A stretch of DNA of 64,000 nucleotides, from the NCBI RefSeq assembly GCF_009914755.1, contig NC_060940.1, one strand, 5' to 3'. Position numbers and translations under genes: made by a program. Below are positions 63,810 to 64,000 of the stretch, piece after piece. The first letter of the stretch is position 1, and every line of letters begins with the position of its first letter. This DNA comes from the human T2T-CHM13v2.0 reference genome, Homo sapiens. The notes under the pieces were generated by a model that did not search any database, was not told the DNA's origin, and saw nothing but the letters and a program-made list of their open reading frames with translations.

Positions 63810-64000
63810 ACTAAATAAAAATTTCATGAAACAATACTTTACCATCTGGGATGTACTCTGATCAATAGATTGTTTTCTACTGTTCTCTTTTATTCTATTA
63901 AGTAAAATACTCTAAAAGCTACTACATTAATTTTATGACCCGACAATGGGTAGTGAGTGACTCTCAGCTGCTCTAGGAGAAAACCAAGGCTGTAGTTTCC

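Overview
Hominid (human or great-ape) genomic DNA. It holds the 3' end of ITFG1 (LINKIN/TIP) on the minus strand. There are four coding exons (11369-11493, 10579-10661, 7702-7819, 4548-4607; exons 15-18 by recollection of the human gene) encoding the membrane-proximal ectodomain, TM helix and KADDREKRQEAHRFHFDAM tail, plus a 3'UTR with several poly(A) signals. Everything from 11494 to the window end is one very large, repeat-rich intron. It contains many Alus, old L1M/L2/MIR fragments, solo LTRs (LTR7, MER4-group, MER21, MLT1) and DNA transposons (Tigger3, two MER1A, MER20, MER30, MADE1); a MER9 solo LTR lies downstream of the gene. A cluster of young retrotransposons antisense to the gene sits at 27.2-37.6 kb: a truncated L1PA with a probable 3' transduction, an SVA with a clear 185-bp 3' transduction, and a full-length L1PA2/3. 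The best lead is the full-length L1. Its antisense promoter and ORF0 point toward the downstream ITFG1 exons, and ORF0 splice donor 1 is in frame with exon 15. This predicts a 163-aa ORF0-ITFG1 TM/tail fusion and a possible gene-breaking split of ITFG1 into ectodomain and membrane parts. Nearly all short ORFs in the track are repeat-derived noise. Repeat subfamily names are by eye and from memory; boundaries without TSDs are approximate.
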